Source: Eledone cirrhosa (taxonomy: Eukaryota). Taken from it: a stretch of 64,000 bases of DNA. Position numbers and translations under genes: made by a program. The DNA lies in contig OZ024747.1 of NCBI GenBank assembly GCA_964016885.1, positions 12,276,001 through 12,340,000 on the forward strand, in the 5' to 3' direction. Position 1 is the first letter of the stretch. Every line of letters starts with the position of its first letter. Positions 40,430 through 53,245 of the stretch are shown one piece after another. The notes beneath the pieces are model-generated. The model ran no database searches. It was not told the DNA's origin and worked only from the letters and a program-made list of their open reading frames with translations.

Positions 40430-40723
40430 TTCTCTCCCTTTCTTTCTCTCTAGAGAGAGAGAAAGAGAGAGAAAATTTGAAAACTGTAACTAATAAAGAG
40501 CCGACAATTTAAAATAAAGTAAACACTGAGAGGTGTGGCCAAATTGGTCAGCTGGCACGAGTCTGCGATTTTGAGAGGAAACAGGACTACGCATCCTGTT
40601 AGAGGCATGGTGTGTGTGTGTAGTGATGGTGGAGGGGGTCTATATTTTATAAATCGTAGTAGTTCTTAGATTCTGCTACTCGTAAGTACATTGTGTACAC
40701 ACATCACACACGAAGATATATTG

Positions 40724-40890
40724 CCGTATTTCCCGGCGCCGAAGACGCTTGCTTCGTCTTCGAGGACGCACCCTAATTTTGACAACCAAAAATTTGAAAA
40801 AAAATAAACCTTCGGCCTCCAGAACGCATGGTAGACTTTTGAGACTTATTTTAGGGGGAAAAGTAGCGTCTTCGACGCCGGGAAATACGG
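40724..40890. mobile_element. pogo/Tigger-type (Tc1-mariner superfamily) MITE
   Basis: 26-bp TIR CCGTATTTCCCGGCG(C/T)CGAAGACGCT with one mismatch. TA on the right flank, TG on the left. Confidence 0.85.
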
Positions 40891-41786
40891 TAGTTTAACG
40901 CTTGATATAATTGGAAAAAAATCTTTACATCCGATAATAAAGATACTTAAGTAGTTTGAAATAGAACCTTCATTTCACAGGTGACCTTGACCTATTACCA
41001 GATATGCACGAAGAAGGGGGGGGGGGTCTATCGACAAAAATCTCTATGCCTGCAAGATATACAACATAATATAATAGATGATGATGGGTAGCAAAATCAG
41101 TAAAATATCGAGAAAAAAACCCTTTGGTGTTTAGTTACGTCTGGTTCTCGAGTTTACAAAATCACGTCGAGGTTTTGATCTTTTATCATAATTCCATTCA
41201 CATCTAACAATATATCGATTCAGTAGTAATTCAACTGATTTCGGTAAAGAGACGTTAATAAATACTACAGGGAGTTGTCCCAGAGTTCTAACGATTCCAC
41301 TAATCGCTTTTTTTGTTTTCTATACACAAATGAAGAGTTGGAAGGAACCAACATCAAAAGAGAATTTATCTGTTAAGCTATCTTTCACTCTCTCACTTAA
41401 TAAAACATCATGGATTTCAACATAAATAACTGATATGTCGTTATGTAATGTCTGTCTATTCACTGGACAAAACGTTCTGTATTAAAAGTTAAATATGCGT
41501 AGCAATGCCAAATTAAGAACTTTGCTAAATATAAACAGCATAAGGTATGTATATAAATATGGCAAGACAAGTATCTCGTCATGAAGCACGTAGTGTCTTG
41601 AGTATTTTAAACATGGCAGAGTATATTACTATCCATGTCTGAATACAGCCAATTTCTTCCGGAGAAAGAAATATAAAGGAGAAAAAAAAGAGAGAGGAGG
41701 AGGACTTTTTCAATCCGACGCCATTTGTATTTACATATACGTACGTACACACATACAATGTATGTATGAATATATAGTTCACTCCC

Positions 41787-43495
41787 CAAAAAACTGCGGC
41801 TTCAAGATAAATCCTGTTTAAGACTACACAGTTATTGATCTTTGAAAAACTTACTCGTGTTAATAAGGTGTTCGGATGAGAAATTATTAGATGACAGTTC
41901 AAAATAGGAAGAAATTGAGAAAATTTGGGATTGCAAGGGAAGGGATTTGACCTAGGTTCCTAAGAACCACAGAACTATACAATTATTTAGGTGTGAAAAG
42001 CCTATGCACACACACGTGTGTGTGTGTGTGTGTGTATAATGACAACGGGGTTTCTCATCGATTAGAGCAACTCTAATCAATGAGATCAATAAAAGACAGA
42101 AACAAAGACAGGAGAGAGACACACACAACTGAGTCAATATTTCTGTTGATATTGCAGTAACATCTTTCTATGGTTGTCTCCATCTCTCAAGTCTTTAATG
42201 GTATCGTCACAAATATCGTCTTTGTTGGACCTTCGTCGGTTCCAGCGATGGCATGTTCCAGTTGTTCGATCAACAGAACTTGTTAATTAAATCAACGTGT
42301 AAGTAACAAAGCATACCACAGACATGCGTACGATCTACACAATTCTCGTGGAGATTCAGCAGGACATAGTGTGACAACGTTGATCTTTTGAATTACATGT
42401 ACAATTCATTTTTGCCAGCTTGGTGGACTGGAGCAATATGATATAAAGTGTCTTGCTCAAGGACAAAACGAACTGTTGGGAATCGAACTCATGACTTTAT
42501 GATCGTGAACCAAACACCCTTACCACTAAGCCAAGTGCTTCCACAGTTACTTTATAAATACTTTAAAAACAATCTGTAAAGAAAAAGAACAAGATTCCTC
42601 ATATATAGTATTCTCGGACCGGGTGATGCGTTGTTTCCTTGAGCAAGACACTTTATTTCATGTTGCTCCAGTTTACTCAGCTGTAGAAATGAGATGATAG
42701 GACTGAGGTCCCTATCATTAAATTACCCAAGGCACCGCCAACTTGGAGGAGGCCAGCTAAACCTACATAGGTGTGAGCTGTCACACACACGTATATATAG
42801 TTAAAGAGCCAACTTATCTGTGTAATACATAAAACTATATTATAATTTCACAGATTGTGAAACTAACTATTCCAACAAGAAATGTTGTGCTCCTAGAAAA
42901 GAAAAGTATTTAAAGTCTTCCCCCCGTAGCTGACTCTCAAACAAGAATCACTTGGCTCTCAGTGGAAGAATACAAACAGAAATAATAGCGTACATAGTGC
43001 ATATTATCAAATGAAATAGCAATATAGCCAAACTATAAAAGAGATCGTAAATTAACAGTTCACCAAAAAAAACTGCTGCTTCAAGATAAATTCTGTTTAA
43101 ATCCTGTAATCACACAGTTATTGAGGTTTGAAAAGTTTACTTGTGTTAATAGTGTTCGGATGAGAAATTATTAGATGGCAGTTCAAAATAGGGAAGAAGA
43201 AATTGAGAAAATTTGGGATTGCAAGGGAAGGGATTTAACCAAGGTTCCTGAGAACCACAGAACTATACAATTATTAAGGTTTGAAAAGCTGGCACGTGTT
43301 AACAGAACACTGGAGTAAAAAATTACATTATGACATTTCAAAATGGGGGAAGGAGTTGAGGAAATCTGGAATTGCAAATGGGGTTAATATAACCTGGGGC
43401 TCCGAGAACCACAAGTCAAGATGTGGGAGGGCACTGAGAAAACCTGGGGTTGCAAAGAGATAAATGTGACCTATGTCTCTGAGAACCACTGCTCT
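41787..43495. repeat. ~215-bp direct duplication (41787-42001 and 43064-43289) followed by degenerate subunits
   Basis: Shared block ctgcNgcttcaagataaa...gggattgcaagggaagggattt...agaaccacagaactatacaattatt. The last subunit ends gagaaccactg (hAT-like terminus). Confidence 0.85.
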
Positions 43496-44242
43496 GGCAT
43501 AAATATAGCCAGGCAGTATAACTAGTTGTAAATACTTTCGTTGTTTCCGCAGCAAGTCGAGCTACACTTTATTATCTGAAATATCTGAGTATATGATGGA
43601 ATGTCACGGAGATCTAGTTGACATGTCGAAATATGAAATACCAACACCAGCACCATAGAGTATGTAGCACTACCTTTCATATTGTGTATTGTTTTCGTTG
43701 GTAGGATAGGGTGAGGGTAAATAGTATGATTATTATAAATACCTTCTCTGTGACACAGAGAGAGTGTTTAATAAAGTGTAAATATATGTATGGTGGTATG
43801 TCTGGTCCAGAAATTGAACCCACAACCTTATGGTTTATGAGTAGTCGAACACTCAAACCTAGACATCTCATGTATTTCAGAAAGATCTGATTGTTGTTTC
43901 GCCCCAGGTCAACCTTGATCGAACACGATCGACGATCAAAGGTATATTTTAACCATGACTATTCCATACCATCTTTTCCTTTTCCTTCCCTAACATATCC
44001 CTTAAAGTGCGATTCGAGGAAGATTTGGCTGTTATTTCTAGCAGATTCAAACGATCTTGTTGATACTTCCCTCGGTATTATAGAACTGTTATTTCAATAT
44101 CACATATATTTACATTATATAAATGATGAGCCCCTGTGTATGCAAACACACACACACACATATACGCGTGTGCATGTATGTATGTATTATATATATATAT
44201 ATTATATTATATTATATACACATATATACGCGTGTGCATGTA

Positions 44243-44292
<50 letters not shown>

Positions 44293-44439
44293 GCGCGCAC
44301 ACGTATATTTTTCGTTTAAAAAGCAGGCAAACAAGCTGACAGTTGAATACAGACGACCTTTGTTAATATACGAGGCCGCCATAAACATTATTACGCAGAA
44401 CATTGAAAAGAAAACAAAACAGCACTCCAGTGCCAAATA

Positions 44440-45209
44440 TAAACACACACACACATACCTTATATACACACACACACATACCTTATATATATACATACAG
44501 ACCTTATACACACACACACACACATACCTTATATACACACACACATACCTTATATACACACACACATACCTTATATACACATACAGACCTTATATACACA
44601 GACCTTATATATACACACATACACAGACCTTATATATACACACATACACAGACCTTATATATACACACACACATACACAGACCTTATATATACACACACA
44701 CATACACAGACCTTATATATACACACACACATACACAGACCTTATATATACACACATACACAGACCTTATATACACACATACACTGACCTTATATATACA
44801 CATACACTGACCTTATATATACACATACACTGACCTTATATACACACATACACTGACCTTATATACACACATACACTGACCTTATATACACACATACACT
44901 GACCTTATATACACACATACACAGACCTTATATATACACACATACACAGACCTTATATATACACACATACACAGACCTTATATATACACATACACTGACC
45001 TTATATACACACATACACTGACCTTATATACACACATACACTGACCTTATATACACACATACACTGACCTTATATACACACATACACTGACCTTATATAC
45101 ACACATACACTGACCTTATATACACACATACACTGACCTTATATACACACATACACTGACCTTATATACACACATACACTGACCTTATATACACACATAC
45201 ACTGACCTT
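44440..45209. repeat. ~23-25 bp minisatellite (ACACACATACACTGACCTTATAT) grown from a CA/TA microsatellite
   Basis: About 30 units, homogenising toward the right end. Confidence 0.95.
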
Positions 45210-46362
45210 CACCCGCTGTCTGCCCGAGTTATTTCAATAAAGCACATATGTAACGAATACCAATCAACGCAAACATTGGCCTCTGATCCTCAGAGTTTAC
45301 TGAACGCATGTCCCTGTACTCAGACACTCCCGACTCCTTAGTCCCTCTCATCAACATTGTGTATCCACCACACCATCTCCCTTCCTGTCCTACACTAACC
45401 ACTATACTCAGTCCTTCCGTGCTCACGTCTGTCTTTCCCAAAGGCACTGTTAATTCCTGAAGGCCTACGAAATAGTTATGGGTACACGTACTCGTGGAGT
45501 ACTCACCCACGAGTTGTGCGTTCAGATATTCGAAAGACTGAATGCTCATCATAGAAACTGACGGAGTGCCCGTCGCATTCTGGTGATAGTGGTGTTGTAT
45601 GGAAAATTCTTTGTTAGAGTGTGCGTGCGTGAGAGTGTGCGTAACATTGGGTTGATTAACACCAGGGCATCCTTGATTGAATAAATCTATGATGAGTCAT
45701 TCCAGCAATGACTATCCCGTCTTTTTTTTTTTAATCTCACTACATTGTTCAATGTGTACTTCCTATTTTAAGACGATTGGGTTTTATTTGAAAGAGATTT
45801 GGTAACGACTTCCAGTAAATCGAGCTACCACGTAGAGGTAGGCTAGCCCCTTCCCTCGTTGACTCTTGGACAAATAAAAAAAAATGAGAAGAGGGGCTGC
45901 AAGAACCAACCCTTCTTATCAAGTACCCCTCCCAAGAGGAATTGGAAGTCTCGCTACATTTCGCCAATTATTAGTCCACGTCTGATCGAATCTTACAAAG
46001 AAACATCTTGGTCTTATTAACTCAATTAAACAAGTCTACCAGGTATTGAACAGGAATCAGCTTTCTTAATTGATTTGGACTCCACATATTTGTTGCGGAG
46101 AGAATATAATCGATTTAATAAAATCAATCATAACAGGATACTCGGGTAAATGAAAGATGAATGGTGAAAAAAAAAAAAAAAAAAAAAAAATCGACCTTTT
46201 TTTTTTTTAATGGAGGTAAATCCTATAAGCCTATATTGAAGTGACAGCAAAATCCGTGGATCTGATCGACCGGATGTTTTCATAAAACGATTGTAATTAA
46301 AGCCGTGAAAGGAAAACAAAAACAAAAGCGAAAAACTGCAAATGTAAGAAACATCATGTATA

Positions 46363-47175
46363 TATAATTGTTTCTACTTTTGGCACAAGGCCAGCAATCA
46401 CGCAGTACATTACTGGTACTTTATTTTATCGACCCCCGTAAGGATGAAAGGCAAAGTTAACTTCGACGGGATTTGAACTCAGACCGTAACTATGCTAGAA
46501 AGCATGGCGTTCAACCCTCTACCGATACTGCCAATTCACCGCCATATAATATGTATAATTGTTTCTAATTTTGGCACAAGGCCATCAATTACCCAGTGCA
46601 TTACTGGTACTTTATTTTATCGACCCCGTATAATAATTGTTTCTACTTTAGGCACAAGGCCAGCAATTCTACTGGAATCTATTGACGCTAGATCCAAATG
46701 ATTTCGGACAAGAAATTGCAGATGACTGTAGTCAAGTTAATCCAGCTCATAAAGAGTTCATGCGGAAATAATGGTTTCTTATATAGGCACAAGACCAGCA
46801 ATTTTGGATGAGGGGAAAGTAGATTAAATCGATTCCAGTGCGTGACTGGTACTTTATTTTATTGACCCCGTATGGATGAAAGACAAAGTTAACCACGGCG
46901 GAATTTGAATTCAGATCATAAAGAGCTGTAACTCTATGCTGCAAAGCATAGCGTCGGAGCCTCTACCGATACTGCCAATCCAGGAAATAATTGTTTCTAC
47001 TTTAGGCACAAGGCCAGCAATTATCCAGTGCATTACTGATACTTTATTTTATCGACCCCGTAAGGATGAAAGGCAAAGTCAACCTCGGCGGGATTTGAAC
47101 TCAGATGGTAAAGGGACGTAACTATGCTGGAAAGCATGGCGTCCGACCCTCTACCGATACTGCCAATCCACCGCA
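46363..47175 (-). mobile_element. Cluster of five same-orientation SINE A copies/fragments
   Basis: About 46363-46542, 46553-46630, 46631-46668, 46767-46982 and 46986-47175. Confidence 0.9.
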
Positions 47176-49029
47176 ATAATGGTTCATTATCACACGTTGT
47201 ATATGACTGTCATTTTCGTCGGATTTGGCCTTCAGAGAAAGTAGAATGTACTACTACTACGACCGAGTTTACACTCGCAAAAATATCAGGTCACTCTTGT
47301 GTGCTATTGGTAGCATGTAACCCAGTAGAACCTGTCGTATGGTCGGGTCGTTGGCGACTAAACCGGCAACCCCACCAAGTTTACTTGGTGAGGGGGGTGA
47401 TTTGACACCCTGCAGGACAAAAAACAAAACCTAACAAAGGGCGGAAGAACTCAGAGTCAACGGCCATCCAAAAGTGTGTAAATATGTATATACAGTATGG
47501 GTGCGGATGTGTGTAGGGTTGATTGCACATTTGTCTGTGTATATATGTGAATATATTTGATTTTTTTTTTTTAATCCTGCCAAATCAATGGGTGGCAGTA
47601 GTTCCAGTACACGCATCAAAAGACTGGTGTAGTAGTTCTGAGAACAATGCGGCTTTGCAGATGATCAATGCAAATTGACAATGGAAAGGCGCTCCCGCTC
47701 GAGTTAGAACAGAACTATTGACCTTCTAGAGAAGCAGCGACCCCTGATTGTATTCAGCAACCGAAACAATAGAATGTAGAGAAAGAGACAAAATACTGCA
47801 AGACCATTTCATTCAAACCATCTACACTTTACATCCACTTATGGTTTGGTAGAGTAGAAGGGAAACAGGGGATTTCAAACGACCCCAGTACTTCTATTGT
47901 GTTAGTGTTAGGAGTTTAATGTTTTCCAGAGAGCCATGTAACAAATTAGGGTACCATTGACAATAGATCTCGAATGAAGAAAATAAAAATATATATATTT
48001 CGTACGATTCATTATACTCCTTTCGTATGCAGCTCTCACACACACACAAGCCAAACCTTAACTAATTTTAACACAACGTGTGTGAATATATGCAATGAAT
48101 AGAACGGGATATTTCCACTTTCTTTATTCGATATCATCAAAGATATCCTTATATTGTTTACCAAGTTTTTAACGAAAACCGAAAATTACTCGTACGCTGT
48201 CTTAAAGAGATAGGATAGAGTTGATAATATCAACCCCAGTACTTAACTGGTAATCGGCCGACACTAGAGAAAAATTAATTCAACTCAAGGAGCTACGTTA
48301 TGTATGTCAACAACAGGATTGTTAGGAAGGCGTACTGAGAAGGTGAGATATCAGGTAAAAAGTCTTCTAAAGCTGTCAAACAATTTAAGAAAATAGAGTA
48401 ACCTTGCGTGTTTATTATACATACGATATATCCTTGTTATCTGAACAGTAAAATAACTGAAAAAGTAGATCAACGGCTTAAACAATGTCTTGTATCCATG
48501 TACATTCTGAATTCAAATACCACCAAGGTCAACTAAAATATATATACAAGCATCTTCTGAGTCGATTCAATCGAAAATACCCTCGCCATCCATCCTTATG
48601 GTGGTCCGCATGCCTAATGGTTACTGTGTTCGGCTCGCGATCATTAGATCGTGATTTCGATATTCCCCACAGCATTGTAACCTTGAGCAAGACACTTTCG
48701 TTAAAATCTATTTGAAACTGGTAAAAAGAAATGAAAGTAAAATATTTATTATTTCATTAATTTTGGTTAATTAACTAAGCCATATCCACCACAGGCACCA
48801 ACGTTTATTGTACCTTGAACAAGCGGAGATAGCTTAAAAGTAGAATAGACAGCAAAACAACAATCTAAATTATCATAGAAAAGGCTATATTATGTGGTTT
48901 ATGGCTCAACACATTCTAGCATATAACACAGTTATATCTGAACAGGTTAGTGAAGTGTACACTAACATTTGATGGAAAGCTGTGACATTGTCGTTGTACA
49001 ACATTTACCTGCAGTGTACGAGCGGATTC

Positions 49030-49325
49030 AGTTTTAGAAAGAAGCCCTCTTTTCTTCTCCCTGAGACGGTCGTGGTAACAGAGTCCTCAAACACTTCCTC
49101 CAGCCGGTCCTGTCAAAAGCAACTGGATCTAACTGATCCGACTGGATCCCTAAGCATGACCAGCCAAACTCATGGATGTTACCCAACCATCTTGCTCGGG
49201 GTTTACCGTTGGGTCTCCTACCTATTGGTTTTGTCCGTAAAATCTCTCCAGCAATTATTTCCTGACATTCTAACCACATGCCCATAGTATTGGAACTGTG
49301 ATCTCTCAATTGGGAGAAGCACTGG
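49030..49325 (-). mobile_element. 3' end of a second RTE lineage (Expander/Rex3-like LINE)
   Basis: GRRPNGKPRARWLGNIHEFGWSCLGIQSDQLDPVAFDRTGWRKCLRTLLPRP resembles the Rex3/Expander C-terminus (GRRPRGRPRTRW...LAWERLGI...W..LL.LLPPRP, recalled). Confidence 0.8.
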
Positions 49326-51884
49326 TTCTTAGCCTATTAACGATAATTCAATACATGTATATGTAATAATACACAATTTACTTTCATTTCTTAATTTGTC
49401 ACTGACGGTTTTCTGGTTTCATTTCTTCTCACTTTACTTTCACTGTTTTATCAGTCTAAAATAGGATAGACACCACTTTATTTCACGTTGCTCTAGTCCA
49501 CTCAGCTAAACAGGAAAAAAAAAATTAGTCACAACACATGTCATACGGAATCTCCCTGAGAAGTACGTTCAGGGTGCGCGTATCTGTGGAAATGCTCAAC
49601 CACTTGCACATTAATTTCACGAGCAGGTTATTCCGTTGAACGAAATGGAACACTCGTCGTCGTCGGAAGCGACGAAAGCCCAACACACACGATCCGTAAG
49701 TTAACACATGTACTGACTGACTGACTGTAGTCGATTATTCTACCGTGTGCTTTTTGCCAATGTAAGAAACCAACCAGCATTAGCACTAACGGAAACTAGG
49801 TGTTTGGATTTGCTTCAATCACATTCCCCCAGTATTATAGGATAGAAATCATGAACTTAGAAATAAAGTGGCTTGAGAAGCTGGTGTTCAAAATTCTCCT
49901 GGACAGGGAGGGGATGAATACGGAAATATGATAGCTTTAAGTAGATACTTGATCCAGTTATAGTGTAGTGTTTAATGTAAATATTGCCTCAACCTCCACT
50001 CCACATCAATCACATCCAAGAACCACCACCGTCATAAAAAGACTCGTTATCTTTAAATCCCTCAAGAACTACCACAACAGCTAAACAACATTTATCTTCA
50101 AACCCTTTTGGATAAAATTCTGACAACATTTCTATAGACTGAGTATACTTAAGTATTTTTTCTATTCAATTCTGTTTCTCCTTCAAATGAGGTTGGCAAA
50201 ACTTCTATTGACAAGGTAAATATTTAGCCTAAGGTCAAGTTAGATTGAGCAGACCTATGATCAAAGACTTCTATGGTCATTGTATTTTTGTATATCTATG
50301 ACTATATCGCCCATTACTTGAGAGCAAGACACCTTTATTTAACTTTGTTCCAGTCCACTCAGATGGAGTGAGGTTTGTACCTGTAGTTTAGAAGGCAAGC
50401 CTTGTCACGCTGGATTTCACAGATAGGGGAAGATTAAGCTTGCATGACGTTTACAAACAACCAGAGCCTTTAAGTGCATATATGTTGTGTTGTTTAAAAA
50501 AAAGAAACAACTTAAACTAAGGGTAGTGCCCCAACGTGGCCTCAGCCGGATGGCTCTAACAGGTAAAAGAGTAAACTGATATTTTCGTAAACAGGATTAT
50601 TTTAACATGTATTTTTAAAAAATTGAGAAATATTACAAGCTCAAGATCCAAGCATCTTAAATACATCTGGTGATAAACGTGTTTTCGTTTTGAAACCGAT
50701 GGTAAGGCGGAGTTAAGTCAAACGTTATGTAAATGCTCTCAACTTCCACATTGATCTTCAATACTTTCTTTCCTCTGTATACACCTGTATGTGTTTAGAA
50801 CACGTGCACTGTATCCCTGTGTATCGTAAAGGGCAACTAAAAGTGTTGGTGTCAGAAAGGGTATCCAGCTATAAAACATTGCCTCAAAAAGGTCCCGTCC
50901 AACCAATGCCAGAATGGAAAAATCCATATAAAAGCAATGATGAATAGCTGGTTTCTCTTTTCACAGAGGTGGTTACTAATTTATATCGAGTACTCATTTA
51001 AAACTGGTATCTCTCTTACTCCTCTTATAAGAAATACTAAGAAACCATACACATTACAGAGAGAGGTGAGGTCAATATAAAGTATATTTAAACAGAACTT
51101 CTGGAGCTGTTGTGTTTAGGTGAGGTTTATATCAGGTTTCAATTCAAACCGAATGCTACATTTAACATCCAAATTATGTGGGAATGATCGATTACGTTTG
51201 AGAGAAAGAATGCGTGACAAAATCAAACTAAATTTGAGAATGTAGAAAAATAAATAAATAAATGATGTTTAATCAAAAATAAAAATAACCAAACTTTATC
51301 ATGAAAAATATGTGGTCGTGGTTTGTCACGGACGGACTGATAGGCTTGTCCAAAAGTTAGTGACAAAAAGCAACAGAATTTCTTAAGGTGGTTGAGTAGG
51401 AGAGCAGTGACGAATTTTATTTCATTTTATATTTTTAAAAAACAACAACAAAAAACATCGTTATCCTTTAACAGGTAGATAAATCAGTGTGTCGTTGTTG
51501 AAGAAGAGAACGAGGAGGGGAGAGATAGGAAGAGAGAGAGAGAGAGAGAGAGAGCAGGGGGGGGGTATCACGACATTTACCTGACAGGAGGCGGAGCTAA
51601 TCAATAAAAGCCCCAACACAAAAATAAGTTCTAACGACAAAACTGACCTAGTTTTTTTGTCTAACAAACACACATTATATATACATGTGTGTGTGTATTT
51701 ATTTATATATATATATATATAACTCATTGAATACACTAAACAAATAAACACACAAAAACCGTGTACGTTATATATATATATATATATACACACAAACAAT
51801 TTCCAACTACGACATACATCTTAAACTGACAATTTTACCTGTATATAATATAGAGTAAAAAACGAAGAGGAAAACAATACGTTT

Positions 51885-52032
51885 GTGTATGTGTATGTAC
51901 ATACATACACATTACATTCAATTATATGTAGATTGTGTGTGTGTGTATACATAAATACACATTACATTCAATTATATGTAGATTGTGTGTGTATGTACAT
52001 ACATACATATTACATTCAATTATATGTAGATT
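51885..52032. repeat. ~50-bp tandem repeat x3 (ATTACATTCAATTATATGTAGATT core)
   Basis: Direct inspection. Confidence 0.85.
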
Positions 52033-52429
52033 TTAACTACGTCGTCAGTTTTAATTTGACAATTTTTAAAACAATAGTTGAATGCACCTGAAACATTTTT
52101 TACCTGTTCGTTTAATGGTTTTGTGAGTTTAATGAGTGTGGCGTGCTGGGATATGTAACAGGCAAAACATTCAAAACTATGTCAGCGAAAGAATTTAAGC
52201 ATTCAAATGACACTGGGCGGGGTTAATTACTTACTAACTTATTGATTAGTTAACAAATTAGCAGTTTGAAAGACATTAATAATATAAAAACATTTATCAA
52301 CATCGGTAAATATAAAAGCTTGTATGGTTAGGTAACCTGTTTATACACGTGCATATATATATTTGTATATAGATATAAAGACAGAATATTCTTGGGGTAT
52401 TGACGTGTGCGTATATATTTATAGATATA

Positions 52430-52590
52430 TACAGGTAAAATTCCGTTATAACGAATACCATTACAACGAAATTTTTTTTCAATCCCGGCCACACGCTCGA
52501 TGTGTTAGATCGATCTAGTTATAAAGAATTTTTCATTACAACGAATTTTTTTATATACCGTGAATTTCGTTATAACGGAATTTCATTATA
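52430..52590. mobile_element. Tigger/pogo-like MITE
   Basis: Inverted termini AAATTCCGTTATAACGAA / TTCGTTATAACGGAATTT, internal TTACAACGAA sub-repeats, TA-rich flanks. Confidence 0.7.
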
Positions 52591-52677
52591 TATACATATA
52601 TATATGTCTAGATATATATATATATACACAGTATGAGTCCATTACACAAACCTTATATAAATAAGCATATTTTAAAT

Positions 52678-52833
52678 GACTATTTTTATGCATTACCATC
52701 GGTTTCATAGACATAGAAACGTCTAAGTCATTCAGGTGCGTTTAAATAAAACCAATTTAAGATTTATTTAAAAGCATCTGAACGAATTAGACGTGTTATG
52801 TCTATGAAACTATTGGTAATGCATAAAGAAGTC
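52678..52833. repeat. Imperfect long inverted repeat (about 72-bp arms, 12-nt loop)
   Basis: tttatgcattacca...gtttcatagacata...tttaaataaa / tttatttaaa...tatgtctatgaaac...tggtaatgcataaa. Confidence 0.9.
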
Positions 52834-52962
52834 TAACTTAATATATTCTCAACTCATTATGTTGATTGCTCTTTTCTTTCATTTGTATCCATATACTCAT
52901 TTTTATTTGTACCCACACTTATGGGTTCACTACATATATATATATATTATAATATATATATA

Positions 52963-53109
52963 ATTAAATAGCTCTGTACAATACATAGAGCACTCTTCTT
53001 TCCTTTACCTTTTTTTACGGAAATACATAACACAATGTGTGTGTGTTAAGTATTTCCGTAGAAAGGGTAAAGAAAAGAGAGCTCTCTGTATTGAACAGAG
53101 CTATTTAAT
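52963..53109. repeat. Imperfect long inverted repeat centred on a CA/TG tract
   Basis: attaaatagctctgt...tacggaaatac.taacaca / tgtgtta.gtatttccgta...acagagctatttaat. Confidence 0.92.
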
Positions 53110-53158
53110 AAAGAAAAACAACGGTATATATCTGTATTTTAACTGCGATAATTAAAAA

Positions 53159-53196
<38 letters not shown>

Positions 53197-53245
53197 TTTT
53201 TAATTATCGCAGTTAAAATACAGATATATACCGTTGTTTTTCTTT
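53110..53245. repeat. Perfect 136-bp palindrome: 52-bp unique arms around (AT)16
   Basis: Arms 53110-53161 and 53194-53245 are exact reverse complements. Confidence 0.97.

Noticed and set aside
40957-40974. Near-match to afadin exon 2 'MRFYF' on the minus strand (ATGAAGGTTCTATTTC)
   Set aside because: An extra base breaks the frame and the flanks do not encode EFHGV or the following RA1 residues.
45400-45555. Possible C/D-box snoRNA (ATGATGA...CTGA on the minus strand)
   Set aside because: No convincing terminal stem and no guide complementarity adjacent to a D box that I can support.
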